Assembly: GCF_009914755.1 (NCBI RefSeq)
Contig: NC_060938.1
Length of the DNA stretch: 64,000 nt
Origin: the human T2T-CHM13v2.0 reference genome, Homo sapiens
Reading direction: 5' to 3' (one strand)
Positions 1 through 12,869 of this stretch are shown here, one piece after another. A program made the position numbers and the translations under genes. The notes beneath the pieces were generated by a model. The model saw nothing but the letters and a program-made list of their open reading frames with translations. It was not told where the DNA came from and made no database searches. Numbering within the stretch: the first letter of the stretch is position 1; the number at the start of each line of letters is the position of its first letter.

Positions 1-511
1 CATGGACAAGTGGATAACTGACCTTGAGAAGATGTAGAGGTCACCACAGAGGGTTTCCAACTCACGAAAGCATTTCTGCTATGGGAAGGACAAGGGACGC
101 TGGCCTATGGAACAGGCCACCGGAGATTCCAGAGCAGAGCCCTGCCCAGGCCTCCAGACTTGTGGCTTTAATTATCCAGTTAGTCATAGGTTTACTGTCA
201 TCCAAGTTTAAGAAGCTTGACTGTGACCCATGTGCAAAAAAAGGTTGTTCAGGCTTTTTTTTTTTTTTTAAAGCCACTCTGGGCTGTTCAGCAGGCTGAG
301 ACAGGATCCCCAGAGCCCACCAGCCCTGCAGAAGTGGGGACTGCCTACCTGCACTTTTCTTTCTTAGGCACTTTTATCTTGAACACAGAGCCTCAGGCAT
401 TGGCCAGTCCGGTTAGTCTGGAAAAACTTGAGAGCCAACAGTTTATTTCTGCTCTGAGGGCAGTTTCACTAGCACAGAGCACATGGCGAGCAGAGCCCAG
501 ATTACAAGGCT

Positions 512-548
512 GGGCGGGGCGGGGCGGGGGCGGGGGCGGGGGCGGGGG
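512..548 (+). repeat. G-rich (GGGGGC)n-like tract; tandem GC boxes, G-quadruplex potential
   Basis: Seven runs of 3-5 G separated by single C: GGGCGGGGCGGGGCGGGGGCGGGGGCGGGGGCGGGGG. Confidence 0.9.
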
Positions 549-1672
549 TGCAGGTGAGGTGCTTCGGCTCTGACGGGCGCTGGGCTGCTCACCCAGTTTT
601 ACATGGGAAGTGGTAGGGCCCTGTCTCCCCTGGCCCCTGCCCATGCCCCGGGAGAAATGGGTATGTTTGGGTGGTACCTTCCTGCATGGGCAGAGGCAGG
701 TGATTGTATCGCCAGCCCTGGAGCTCAGCGTGCACAGCTTGGGCTTCCATTTGGAGGAACCTGATCCTTGGACTTGAACACTCTGCTCTTTGTGTTTTGC
801 ACAACAGGAGAGTCCTGCTCCTCGCTTAGCTCAGCACAGCGAGTCCCCTGGCTTCAGCTTCCCTCCTGAGCACCTGACGGTTGTCGGTTTACTGTGACTC
901 ACTGCCATTCTATCTGCCTGGGCTTATGTTTCCAGCATCTCACCAGAGCTGTTGTGACCCATCTCCTGGGCAAAGCCTTCCACGGAGAGGCTGCCGGGCC
1001 AGCAGGAGAGGAGACCCAATCCATCCATCAGCATTTGAATAATTCCATCCACACATACTTCTCTTCCAAACACCCGGGCTATTTTCCTTTCCCTGAGCCA
1101 TGCAAGCCCAAGGAGCCAGCAGGGTTGCGTGCTCTCAGGAGTAGGACACGTCACATCAACTTGAGTGCTCCAGGAGCCCTGCCACAATGGTTTCTTTGTG
1201 AGATCATCTTTGCAGCGGTTTCCTGAAGCTCTGGCCTCCTTCCTGGTATCTTCACACATTCTAGGTGTTTCAATTCAGTAAAAACATAAGGGCCTTTTGA
1301 CTGCTCACTCCTGCACTTCACACTGGGAAGGACACAGAAGTCCCCAGAGAGTGCCCTGGACGACAAAATGTAGTTCAGAGGTATCTAAGGTGGGTTCCAC
1401 CCAAAAGGGTCCCACAAAGAAAGAATTCCAGGGCCAATTAAATTTGGGGATCTGCATAGTCCATCTCTCTCTTGGTGATTCAAAACATATATTTATATAT
1501 ATTAAAGGTTCTGAGAAGTCCTGTAAGTAAATCCTGTTCCACTTTTTAACCCACCATCTCCCAAACCCAGCATGATACTGATATCAGCATGCTACTCTTT
1601 TCATATAACACCTACTTATATATGAAGGAACTAATTGAGGTCTTTTGAGATATATTTTAGGAAATGATCTAA

Positions 1673-1924
1673 CAGTGGTTTTTAACCTAAGGAAACACCT
1701 CACTAGAGAGTGCTTGGGCACAGGAGGTGGCATTTTGGGTTGTCACAAAGATGGGGAGGTGCTACTTGCATTTCATACATAGGGGTTGTGGGGGCAGGGG
1801 CAGCTAGTGCTGTTACAGTGATGATGCAATGCGGCCCCGTCCCAAGTGGGGTGGGGGGCACTGTCCTGCCCTAAATGCCCACAACTCTCCCCACGCCGCT
1901 CTCCCACCCCATTGAGAAGCAGTG
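1673..1924. mobile_element. hAT-Charlie MITE remnant (MER20-like)
   Basis: CAGTGGTTTTTAAC start, GGTTGTCACAA..GGGGAGGTGCTACT core, TTGAGAAGCAGTG end resemble MER20 as remembered. Confidence 0.5.
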
Positions 1925-2399
1925 GTTGGACCTACGCTCAGCATTGTGCTCCCAGGCCCTCTCTGCGGGTTCAAACGCCTCTTGATGTCCTCTTGGTCTC
2001 TGCCTCCTTGCTTCCTCTAGTTGGGATGCCTGCACGCTGGAGAGAGTTGGGTCTTTTGTGGCTTTTGTGGCTCTGGTCCCAGTAGGAGATGACAGACACA
2101 ACCAGAGGGCAGGATTCCCTCGTTCCACGGTTCCATCTACTCTGGAGGCGAAAAAGGGGTGTGTGAAGTGGTCCCTGGGAATAAAGAGAAAGCTGCTCAC
2201 CTTTCTGAAAAACTTTTCACCTCTCAGGGAAAGGGGACCTGAGAGAAGCCTAAGAGAAAACTCCTGATGCTTAGCCAACTCCTTGAGAAGGAAAGTGAGA
2301 ATGGAGGCTGAAGCCCCTTCCATCCTTCCTGGTAAAGCAGCGGAGACGCCAACACCCACGATCTGCAACTCAAAGTCAAGGGATTCCGTGTCCCTGCTT

Positions 2400-2980
2400 G
2401 TGTCAACATAGAAAACGCCCATGGCAACGGGCAAGTGCGGCCTGAAATGGCAGAGTGTGTGTTTCACAAAACAGGGGTGGCTCACGGCTGCAGCCGCCCG
2501 GGGAGGTCCTGGCCTTGCCTTCGAGGGGCTGGTCCTCGGGGGGTGGATGCAGCTTTGCGGGGCTGGCTCCACGTCGCGCCGCGGCGGTTTGGGCTGGGGA
2601 GCAGCCCTGCAGGGAGGCGCCGCCGGGTGGGCCGCGGAGATAGCTGCAGGGCGGGGCCCCCGGGGGCGCGGGGACGCCCAGCGGCCGGATATCAGCTGCC
2701 ACGCCCGCGTGGGCGGAGAAAAGAGCAATTTGACTTTGGACGGAGAGCTGAGATGCGGGGAGGAAATCCACCACCGGCCTCTGGCGACTCCTGTCCTGCG
2801 CGCAGGGGAGGCAGCGCAGCCCGTGAACACCCCCGAGCCCGGTGCGGGCCGAGCAGTTCTCCGCACCTCCGGTAAAGGTGCAGGACCGGGTGATGGTCTC
2901 TGCAGCAGTCAGAAGGCTCCTCTCCCAGCCCAGGAACGTCTGCAATAAATTGCTTCCATGTGCGGGCTTCCCGCTTCCTC
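2400..2980. promoter_or_regulatory. CpG island / probable promoter
   Basis: Very GC-rich, dense undepleted CpG (CGCGCCGCGGCGG, GGCGCCGCCGGG, GCGCGGGGACGCC) against CpG-poor flanks; GC boxes; RFX X-box-like CCATGGCAAC at 2419-2428. Confidence 0.85.
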
Positions 2981-3443
2981 TTTCTCTCTCAGGGTTAATG
3001 TGGGAAAAGGGAAGTGGCTTTTTTTTTTTTATTTTGAAAATTAGCTTTAGGGCAAAGTCCTGCCAAGTGTGTAGTTCAATACCCCATATTATAGGTGAGG
3101 ACACTGAGCTCCAGAGAGATCAGATTCCAGGTCACACTGCTGGTGCGCCGCCAAACCAGGTGGAGAACGCTGGTGCCTCCGCTCCTTGGGCATTTTGACT
3201 CCGGCATTCATGATTGTTTTCCCTTCTTTAATACCCACTACAGCAAAAATTTTGTTGCTGTTTCCCTCTGTTAAGAATTATTAAAACTTGGAGGAGGGGA
3301 AGCAAAAAGTTCTTTCAATATTAAATTAAAGCACTGTCTAACGAGCCCATCTGAGAGTCATTTGGCTATCTAGGGGAAGGTAGCTTTGACTTATTTTTTA
3401 CTATAAAATAGAGTCCAAACGTTCTTAACTCTGAAATTAGTTA

Positions 3444-3579
3444 GGCCAGGAGCCCCGGCTCATGCCTGTAACCCTAGTACTTTGGAGGCCAAGATGGAAG
3501 GATTGCTTGAGGCCAGGAGTTCAAGACTAGTGTGAGCAACATAGCAAGAGTCCCATTATCGATTTTAAAAAATAAAATA
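3444..3579 (+). mobile_element. FLAM / Alu left monomer
   Basis: GGCCAGG..GGCTCATGCCTGTAA..GAGGCCAGGAGTTCAAGAC, single monomer with A-rich tail. Confidence 0.85.
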
Positions 3580-3622
3580 ACATGAGATAGTACTGTGTAG
3601 AAACTATTAAAATGTAAGTGCT

Positions 3623-3924
3623 GTCTGGGTACGGGAGCTCACGCCTATAATCCCAGCACTTTGAGAGGCTGAGGTGGGCTTGAGCTCAAGAGTTTGAGAC
3701 CAGCCTGTGCAACATGGCGGCAAAACCCCTTCTCTACAAAAAATACAAAAATTAGCTGGGCATGGTGGTGTGTGCCTGTAGTCCCAGCTACTCTGGAGGC
3801 TGAGGTGGGAGGATGGCTTGAGCCTAGGAGGTGGAGGTTGCAGTAAACCAAGATCATGCTACTGCACGCCAGCCTGGGGGACAGAGCCAGATACTGTCTC
3901 AAAAAAAAAAAAAAAAAAAAAAAA
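3623..3924 (+). mobile_element. Alu (AluJ-like)
   Basis: Dimeric Alu with A24 tail; degenerate TSD AAAA(T)GTAAGTG. Confidence 0.92.
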
Positions 3925-5808
3925 GTAAGTGTTTTTCTGTTCTACAGAGATGCAAATGATTCCTATCTGGTCAGATAAATTACCTCAAAGGTTATAGTTT
4001 TGCTGCCCTGTAGCACATTAGCCAGTTTAGTATCTAACTTTGTGATCTTACGTCAGCATTCCTTTTCGTTCTCTGAGTACACAAAATCTTTATTCTCGTA
4101 ATATCTTTGAACCAGTGTTGCCACCTTGCAAAGTCCCTTATGAATGAGTTACCTACCTCACCGATACATACTCACCATATCTTGTCAAGGCTTCATATTC
4201 CTTTCCCTGTATAGTCCCCACAAATATACACTGTCAGCTTTCAATGCACACCAAGCGCCCATTATTGATTCTTTGTCCCGAGTGGCTCCTCTGGAGCATA
4301 TGCGTAACATCAGGGGGACATAGGGCTTTTAATTGTCAAAAGTATACAAACTCAGCACGTTATTCCAAATAATCTCTGCCCCTGCTCCCTCACATTTTGA
4401 TCATGCCGTATCTGTGATCTGGGGCTGGGGACTCTGGCCCTCAAGATGCCTCCAATGCTCTCGGCCCCTGCTAAGAGCCTCTGCCCACACACGGGGTCAT
4501 GCGCATAACCTTAGAACTCTGGGCACGGCTAGATGAACTGTGGCACGCACCTGATCTAGGCAGCAGCCCACTTCCCAGTTGGTCAGCCAGTGAAGGAAGG
4601 CTCAGCCCCACCAGGCCAGTGAGATTCTCCGTCTTGGCAAATTGCTTAAAGACTTGATAGTAAAGGAGAAAGAGATAAAGCAGGCACCTGAGGCCCCGAA
4701 GCAGCAGACACTTAAATAAGCAGCAGGAAGAAGGTCCTGGCAGAGACAGAACACCTGAGTTTTCCACATGGCACACGGACCTTGGAGGCACAGAGGGATG
4801 GGCCCCGCTACTGAGTGGCAAGAAGACGAAATGTCTGTGTCGTAGAACTGTGTGTGATCTTGAAAGACCTCTCGGTTCGTGAATGGCATCTTGGGTTCTG
4901 TCAGGCTCCACACAGGTTCTACTGCTCCTCTTCCTCCAACAGGCTGAGCTGTGTGACTTTTCCAGGGTTGCCATCCGACCTGTCATTTGGTCTGTGGCCC
5001 TTAGTTTCTTATCCACATGTGGCTGTAAAAGAAACTCCACAATCCTGGAGGGAACTCAGTGGGTCCCTACTTCCAATCCAAAAACCTCGACTCACTCTTT
5101 TACTTTTTCTAATAACTTAATAAGTTAAATAATAATAAAAGAATTGTTACCGTTGTTCAGCCAACTCTTTCCGGGCTCATCAACGATTTTCTAGGAAAGA
5201 AGGTTTCCTTGGTTAGACCTGCACTTCCTCTCTGTCTCTCTCCATTCATGTTTGAGCATTCATTCATTCTCCCCACAAGCACATCATGGATTCTAAAATG
5301 AAGAAGGCAATATTCGTACTTTGAAGATGCTCACATCTTGCATGTGCAGTGTTACAAGAGTGGGGTTGGTGCAGGAGTGAAATGGGAGGCCGTGTCCCGA
5401 GATGGGGTCACCAGAACCTGGAGTGACAAGGTGGAGGTGGGGAGAGGAGCTTTTCCTCCTGGCTTTCCCACAAACACTGACTTCCATGCCTCTGGCCTGG
5501 AACCACATGTAACCAAAGCCATATGTTCAACTTGCGTTAATTAAATGGTGGCCTCAGCAACATTTCTGGTGCTGCTTCTGTTGCTTTGGCATTATGATGT
5601 CTTCAATATTTGTTACTGTGTGTCGTTTGTCATGTTTAACCCAGTGGCTCAGATTCTATTTGTTTGTAAAACTTAAATGTTGAGAGACTTCTGTTCTTGA
5701 TTTTTTAGAAAATAAAAATTATTTTTGGTTTATTCCATGAGAACATATCTTCTATAGGTTGAACCTCCAAGGTTCTTCCTTCTTGATTTTTCTGGGAGAT
5801 GACTGTAA

Positions 5809-6089
<281 letters not shown>

Positions 6090-7125
6090 TGTAATCTTAA
6101 CTGCTTTTTAGGAAATGGTGTAAGAAAAGGCTGTGCCATAAACTCAAAATCCTACTAATCCCCAGTTCTCAGCCCCAAACCGAAGAAAGATTACATTTCC
6201 AGTCCAGTTTCTAATCCCAAGTATCCATGCACCCAGGATGGCGGGAAAAGGGAAAAGGCGGTACCTTAAATGAGGGAAGGACATCTCAGTCTTGGCCAGT
6301 TCTTACTCTTCCCAGGGGCCACCCTCAAGCCCCACCCTGAGCAGGTAAGTGAGGCAGGCAGGCAGCCTGGGAGCATGTGTGGGAGGGAATCCAACGGTGT
6401 TCTCCAGGCTGCAAGAGCTGGGCAGACACAATCGTGCTGCAGCCCTGGCCTGTGTTTTTCTTTCCCACAAAGACCAACACCGGTGCTGCTGACATCATGA
6501 CAGGTTTGATCATTTTTATTTTGCGGTGAGCGTGGTGTCATGGTGATGAAGAGTCCTGTGAGCTTGTGCAGGTCCCCTCAACTGCAGGCTGTCCAGGCTT
6601 CCTCCTCTACAGTAAAGACAAGGAGAATGGCTGCTTCCTAAGGTGATGGCGAGGTAGGATGAGGAGTGTAAACGGCCCACCCTGCTCCCAGTGGTAACTA
6701 TGGGTATGATTTCCTTTTGGGAGAAGACAGAGATTGCCCTTCTGATCCTCCCAGCTGTAAATTTGGGCTGGGGCAACTTTTAGACACAAACAGGGCACTC
6801 CTGGCTACAGGGCCTCAATGTTTTCCTTGAGGTGGAGTATCTAGGCATTTCCCTGAGGTTTCTGATGCCTGGGCAGGGTGGGGTGGGGTGTGGCTGGTTC
6901 TGACAGCTGTTCCCCACCCAGCTTTGTGCCCTGGGGAGGGAGATCTACCTGCACATCCCGCTGCACTGGATCTGCAGGGAGCTGGGGCTGCCCTTGGACG
7001 CCTCAGGCACAGGCCCTCATCCTCTGCCTAACTGCTTTTTACACCCATCCCTTGAGTCCAGGGAGATTTTGCCACAATTTCAAAAAAGAAATGATTATTC
7101 AGAAGGCATTCTTCTATATATTTCC

Positions 7126-7417
7126 TTTTTTTTTTTTTTTGAGATGGAGTTTCGCTCTGTCACCAGGCTGGAGTGCAGTGGCATGATCGGCTCACTGCAA
7201 CCTCCGCCTCATGGGTTCAAGCGATTCTCCTGCCTCAGCCTCCCGAGTAGCTGGGACTACAGGTGCATGCCACCACGCCCAGCTAATATTTTAATTTTTA
7301 GTAGAGATGGGGTTTCACCATGTTGGCCAGGATGGTCTTAATCTCTTGACCTCGTGATCTGCCCGCCTCAGCCTCCCAAAGTGCTGGGATTACAGGCATG
7401 AGCCACCGTGCCTGGCC
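7126..7417 (-). mobile_element. Alu (AluSc-like)
   Basis: Antisense dimeric Alu, poly(T) at 7126, ends GTGCCTGGCC. Confidence 0.93.
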
Positions 7418-7673
7418 ACATTTCTGTATATCTTGCAAGCAGACACACTGTCTGTCTTTTATTTGATCATCTTTCCAAGGATGCTGGTATAGCATGTATG
7501 CTTGGAAAATAGAGATGCTGTTTCTCCAGAGAAAGGGGGAGCTTGCTTGCATTCTTCTATGTAGTTCTAAGGCCCCTGCTCCACTGTACAGCAAGTGGCC
7601 ACACCCTTAGTGTCTTCCTTGCCTAACCCAGACCCTTACAGCACTCAGCTTGGAAAAGACCCTTGCAGCGCTC

Positions 7674-8001
7674 AGTTGGGTGCCATGATTATGCCTGTAA
7701 TCCCAGCACTTAGGGAGGCCAAGGTGGGTGGGTCACTTGAGCCTGGGAGTTTGAGACCAGCCTGGGCACCATGGCAAAACGCCATCTCTAAAAAAAAAAA
7801 AAAAAAAAACCACAAAAATTAGCCAGGCATGAGGATGCACCTGTAGTCCCAGCTACTGGGGAGGTTGCTGCAGTGGGAGGATTGCCTGAACCCAGGGAGG
7901 TTGAGGCTGCAGTGGGCTATGATTGTGCCACTGCACTCTATCTTGGGTGACAGAGTGAGACCCTGTCTCAAACGAAAACAAAATTTCAAAAAAAAAAAAA
8001 A
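7674..8001 (+). mobile_element. Alu (AluJ-like)
   Basis: Dimeric Alu with expanded middle A tract and A-rich tail. Confidence 0.9.
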
Positions 8002-8249
8002 GAATGCATTCTTGCCCTTAGAGGCTCCATCCTCACCTCCCTCTTCTGGTTTCTCTTCCTCTGTCTCTGCTGTGTGTGTCTCTTTAATAAAGAACACTGA
8101 AATTAGTGAGCCAGGTTTGCCTCCTGGGCAGGAATTATGAAATCCAGGTGGCCTTGGTTGTAATAGGGGGAAAAAAAAACCTTTATTTTGTCTGCTTAGT
8201 GTTGTCCTGGCTTTTCTTTGCATATTCCGTCCCCCTACCCCCAAACTCA

Positions 8250-8670
8250 CTGTGCTGTTCTGGTGAGGCTGACCCCACCCAGATTCAGGACTGACCCAGG
8301 CCTGGCCAATCAACAAGGCCTTCAGGGACTGGTACGTGTCAGTTAAATGAGTCAGTCCCAGGACGCTTTGTATATATATGTATGTAATATTTGTAACTAT
8401 TGGGAAAGTGTCTAGCTTTCCACAGGAACTTCTAACCTGTTCCAGTGTGACCCTAAGGATGCCGGTAGCCATCTTGCCACTCTCGGGAGAGGAAGAGCCA
8501 CAGAGACAAGGCAACTCTGAGAGCTGAGTCCTGATGACCGGTCGAAGCACCCGAATTCAGCAGTATGTGAAGCCCCTGAACTTCCAGTTATATGTGCTGA
8601 TGAATTATCTTTTTTGCTGAAGTCCATTTGAATTGGAGTTTATATCATTTGCAATTTAAAGAGAACTGAT
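8250..8670 (+). mobile_element. Old MaLR LTR remnant (MLT1-type)
   Basis: GCCATCTTGCCAC..CCTGAACTTCCAGTTA..TTTGAATTGGAGTTT..TCATTTGCAA motifs typical of late MLT1 LTRs. Confidence 0.5.
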
Positions 8671-8684
8671 CACCAGCTGGCTCA

Positions 8685-9185
<501 letters not shown>

Positions 9186-9217
9186 TAAAATAAAATTTTT
9201 AAAAAGCAAAGTATTTC

Positions 9218-9560
<343 letters not shown>

Positions 9561-11123
9561 TTATTAAAACCATTCCCCTTCCTTCATCATAGCTAGGTGA
9601 TCTGTCTCCACTGTGCTTTTAGCAACACGGCCTTGAAAAAGAGACTCTGAGAGACTCACTCCAGTCATGCAGAATTTTGGGACAATAGTGAGGTTTTCTC
9701 CCCAGGGATCCCTTCCATGTTTGAATTTCCCCACTCCAAGAGTTGTTCAGCAGAGGCCATGGGGACTGGCATCTGGATCCCGACCCACACTTACTCCAAG
9801 TTTTCCACTTTCGGAAGTCTCCCAATCTTCAGGCTGAAGTTGACTTCAGTGGGGCAGGCAACTGCATGCCCTACCTAGGTGCCAGTGAGAATTGGATTCA
9901 GCTTTTAAAGACCCTACTTTCTGCCTCCAAATGGTCTAAACAAAGATAGAAGTGTATTTCCTTCTCAGGTGAATGAAGTCTGGACTTAGTCTTCCTGAGG
10001 TTGTCATGAACCAGGATCTCTTTATCCTGCTTTCTCCCCATCCTCGGCGTTTGGCATAAACCTTCCATGACTCCTTTCCCTCCCCTCTTCTCTCCCCACA
10101 CTGCACATGCCATCTCACTTACTTCATTGGCTGGAACACGGAGACTCCACCAGCGAGGGAGGCTGGAAAAGGCATTCTTCATTCTGAGTGCCAGTTTCAT
10201 GTCGGGGGCCCATCACTAAGGAAGAAGAACAGAATGGATATTTGGGGGATACTAGGAGTTCTCTGACCTCTCATGCCACTCCGTGATGTGCCGCAGCAAA
10301 AATCCTCACTGGAATAGCTCCAGTGCTGGTGATGCCAATGAAGGCCACTGTGGAAAAGAAAAGAATAATTAATTCCAGACACATCAGTAAAGACACCCTC
10401 CTGTTATAAATGCTGAGAGAATGGCTTGGGACCACCTGGGGTCGTTCTCCATCCTGACCATTTAGAGATCACTACCCTCAGGGAGTAAGGTCTCAAATCC
10501 CATCTCAATGCCTCATAGACAGCTGGACTTACAAGGATTTAGGCCCACAGAAACATTTTAGGAAACTTCCAGGGAGTCAGAGATCAGGCAAGGGAGCTGC
10601 GTCCCTGCGTGACCCCATCTCAGCTGAGATGAGACAATAGCGGCTTTCTTCGTGAAAAACTAAAGTGGGAAATGTTTCTTGATATGTTTCACTACCAGTC
10701 TATATAGAGGGTCCGTTTATGAATAAGAGAATTGTGGAATTCCACACAAGGTTGTTGGGTCTCAGAGCTCCTTCTGCAGCTCAGGAGCACTGTAACTGGA
10801 TTCTCCAAAGCAAAAACACTGCTTTTGCAGGTCATTAACAACCATGTGACAAAACTATCTTCAGGGAAGGAACCCAACCTCAACACCTCAACATTCACTA
10901 GTTAACACTTGCAGAGTGCTTAAAGTGCTGGTTGGAGCATGGTAGGGGCTCAGCAAATATTAGTGAAACAAGTGCCTGGACATTCTGGGTAAGAGAAGCC
11001 ATTATTATTAGATATTTATGATGCATTTACTATGTATAAGGGATATAAGCACTCTGAAGGATCACAGAGATAAGACATTGTCCTTGCCCTCAAGGAGTTT
11101 ACAATCTAATAAAGAAAATAAGA

Positions 11124-11471
<348 letters not shown>

Positions 11472-11488
11472 TTATAATTGTAAATGTG

Positions 11489-11564
11489 TTTTGTTTTTTT
11501 TTTTTTAGCAAGTTTATTAAGAAAGTAAAGGCATAAAGAATGGCTACTCCATAGGCAGAGTGCC
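11489..11564 (-). mobile_element. Tiny polyadenylated retrocopy of an ERV1 LTR 3' segment (LTR8-like)
   Basis: Minus strand reads GGCACTCTGCCTATGGAGTAGCCATTCTTTATGCCTTTACTTTCTT-AATAAA-CTTGCT-(A)n; flanked by TATAATTGT at 11473-11481 and 11565-11573. Confidence 0.65.
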
Positions 11565-11596
11565 TATAATTGTGTCTTTGAAGAGGCTGGTTTTAA

Positions 11597-11742
11597 TTTT
11601 TATTTTCTTTTATTTGTTTAGTTTTAGAGATGGGTGTCTTGCTATGTTGCTCAGGCTGGTCTCAAACTCCTAGCCTCAACCAGTCCTCCTGCCCTCCCTT
11701 CTAAAGTGCTGGGATTACAGGCATGAGCCACTGTACTCAGCT
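11597..11742 (-). mobile_element. FLAM
   Basis: Antisense monomer; TSD AGGCTGGTTTTAA at 11584-11596 and 11744-11756. Confidence 0.88.
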
Positions 11743-12869
11743 AAGGCTGGTTTTAAAATCCTCTCATTTCTCCTAGAAGATGGTGAGGATGTGATGTGGG
11801 TCACGTGGGCCAGGCTCGGGGGGTCATGGGCAGCACACTGTCCTTGGAAACAGCAGCAGTGGTGCCTCCTGTTTGTTCCTGTCACCTCTTGCTTCCTAGC
11901 TGAGCCTCTGCCTCAGTGTCCCCTCTCCAAGATGAGGCAACTGCATGTGTGTCCTGCAGCTCCCTCCCTCCCTTGCACTCCTAGCTGCTAGAAGCAGTCA
12001 TATCTGTGAATCACATAGAGCTCCCTGACATCTGGTCTTACATCAAATCTTTCTTGGCAATATAAGAGTGAAACATCCAGTTTTTCAAACTGGCTGTTTT
12101 GTTTTGAATTCATCTTCAGATGAGCTTTTCTCAGGAGAAATGAGGAGTGGGGGACAGAGAGCAGAATAAAATGCCCACAGGAGAGTAAAACAAGATGCCA
12201 AAAGACCAGGAGGAAGACCACAGATTTCCAGAGCCTGATCCTCTGCCACCAGACCCTGAGGGCAGCTCTTTGATTTCTGGTCACTCGTGTCCTCCATTCC
12301 ATGCCTTCGGCAGCCACCACCACAACCCCGGGGTCGGGCACCTCCACAGTGTACAGCAAGTTTACTACCTAGCAAAGTATGGCCCAGATCAACGGGGGCT
12401 TCAAAACCATCCACACTTACGTTTCATTCATTCATTTGCTAATTTATTCATTCTATATTCATTCAACACTCATTGAGCACCAGTAGGTGTCATCTAGAAG
12501 TCTTGTCTCCATTTGCTATCAGCAAGGGTATCACCTTTTCTATACAATGAGTCTCATTTCCCAAGAGTGGTTTTGGATTTGAAAGCAGATGTTACTCAGA
12601 ACCTTTTCTGAGGGCAGTGTCTCAGCTCCCCAGGGAGGCCTCCAGTTCTCCAAAGGAGCCTTATACATCTTTGGCCCAGGTTAGCATCCATCTCCCTGCA
12701 CATCCTCACAGATATTAAAAAGGATCAAAGCATCTTTGGACAGTCCCGGGTTGTCTCCAAGGAAATCGGAGGCACCTGGATGTAACTAACAAAGACTCTT
12801 TGTGTCAGTGGGGCTGAGTCACCTGACAGGTCTGAAATGTAACTTCCTCCTCTGGGGCCAGGAGAATGG

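Noticed and set aside
1871-3104. Long overlapping ORFs (331, 233, 175 and 146 aa) across the CpG island
   Set aside because: Pro/Arg/Ala/Gly-rich and open in several frames on both strands, as expected from stop-codon scarcity in GC-rich DNA; mostly non-ATG starts and no recognisable domain. Only the 74-codon ATG-to-donor segment is kept as a low-confidence finding
7819-8550. 243-aa minus-strand ORF and the many ORFs with [13 protein letters not shown] / SWDYR / FHHVGQAG motifs
   Set aside because: Alu-derived reading frames, not genes
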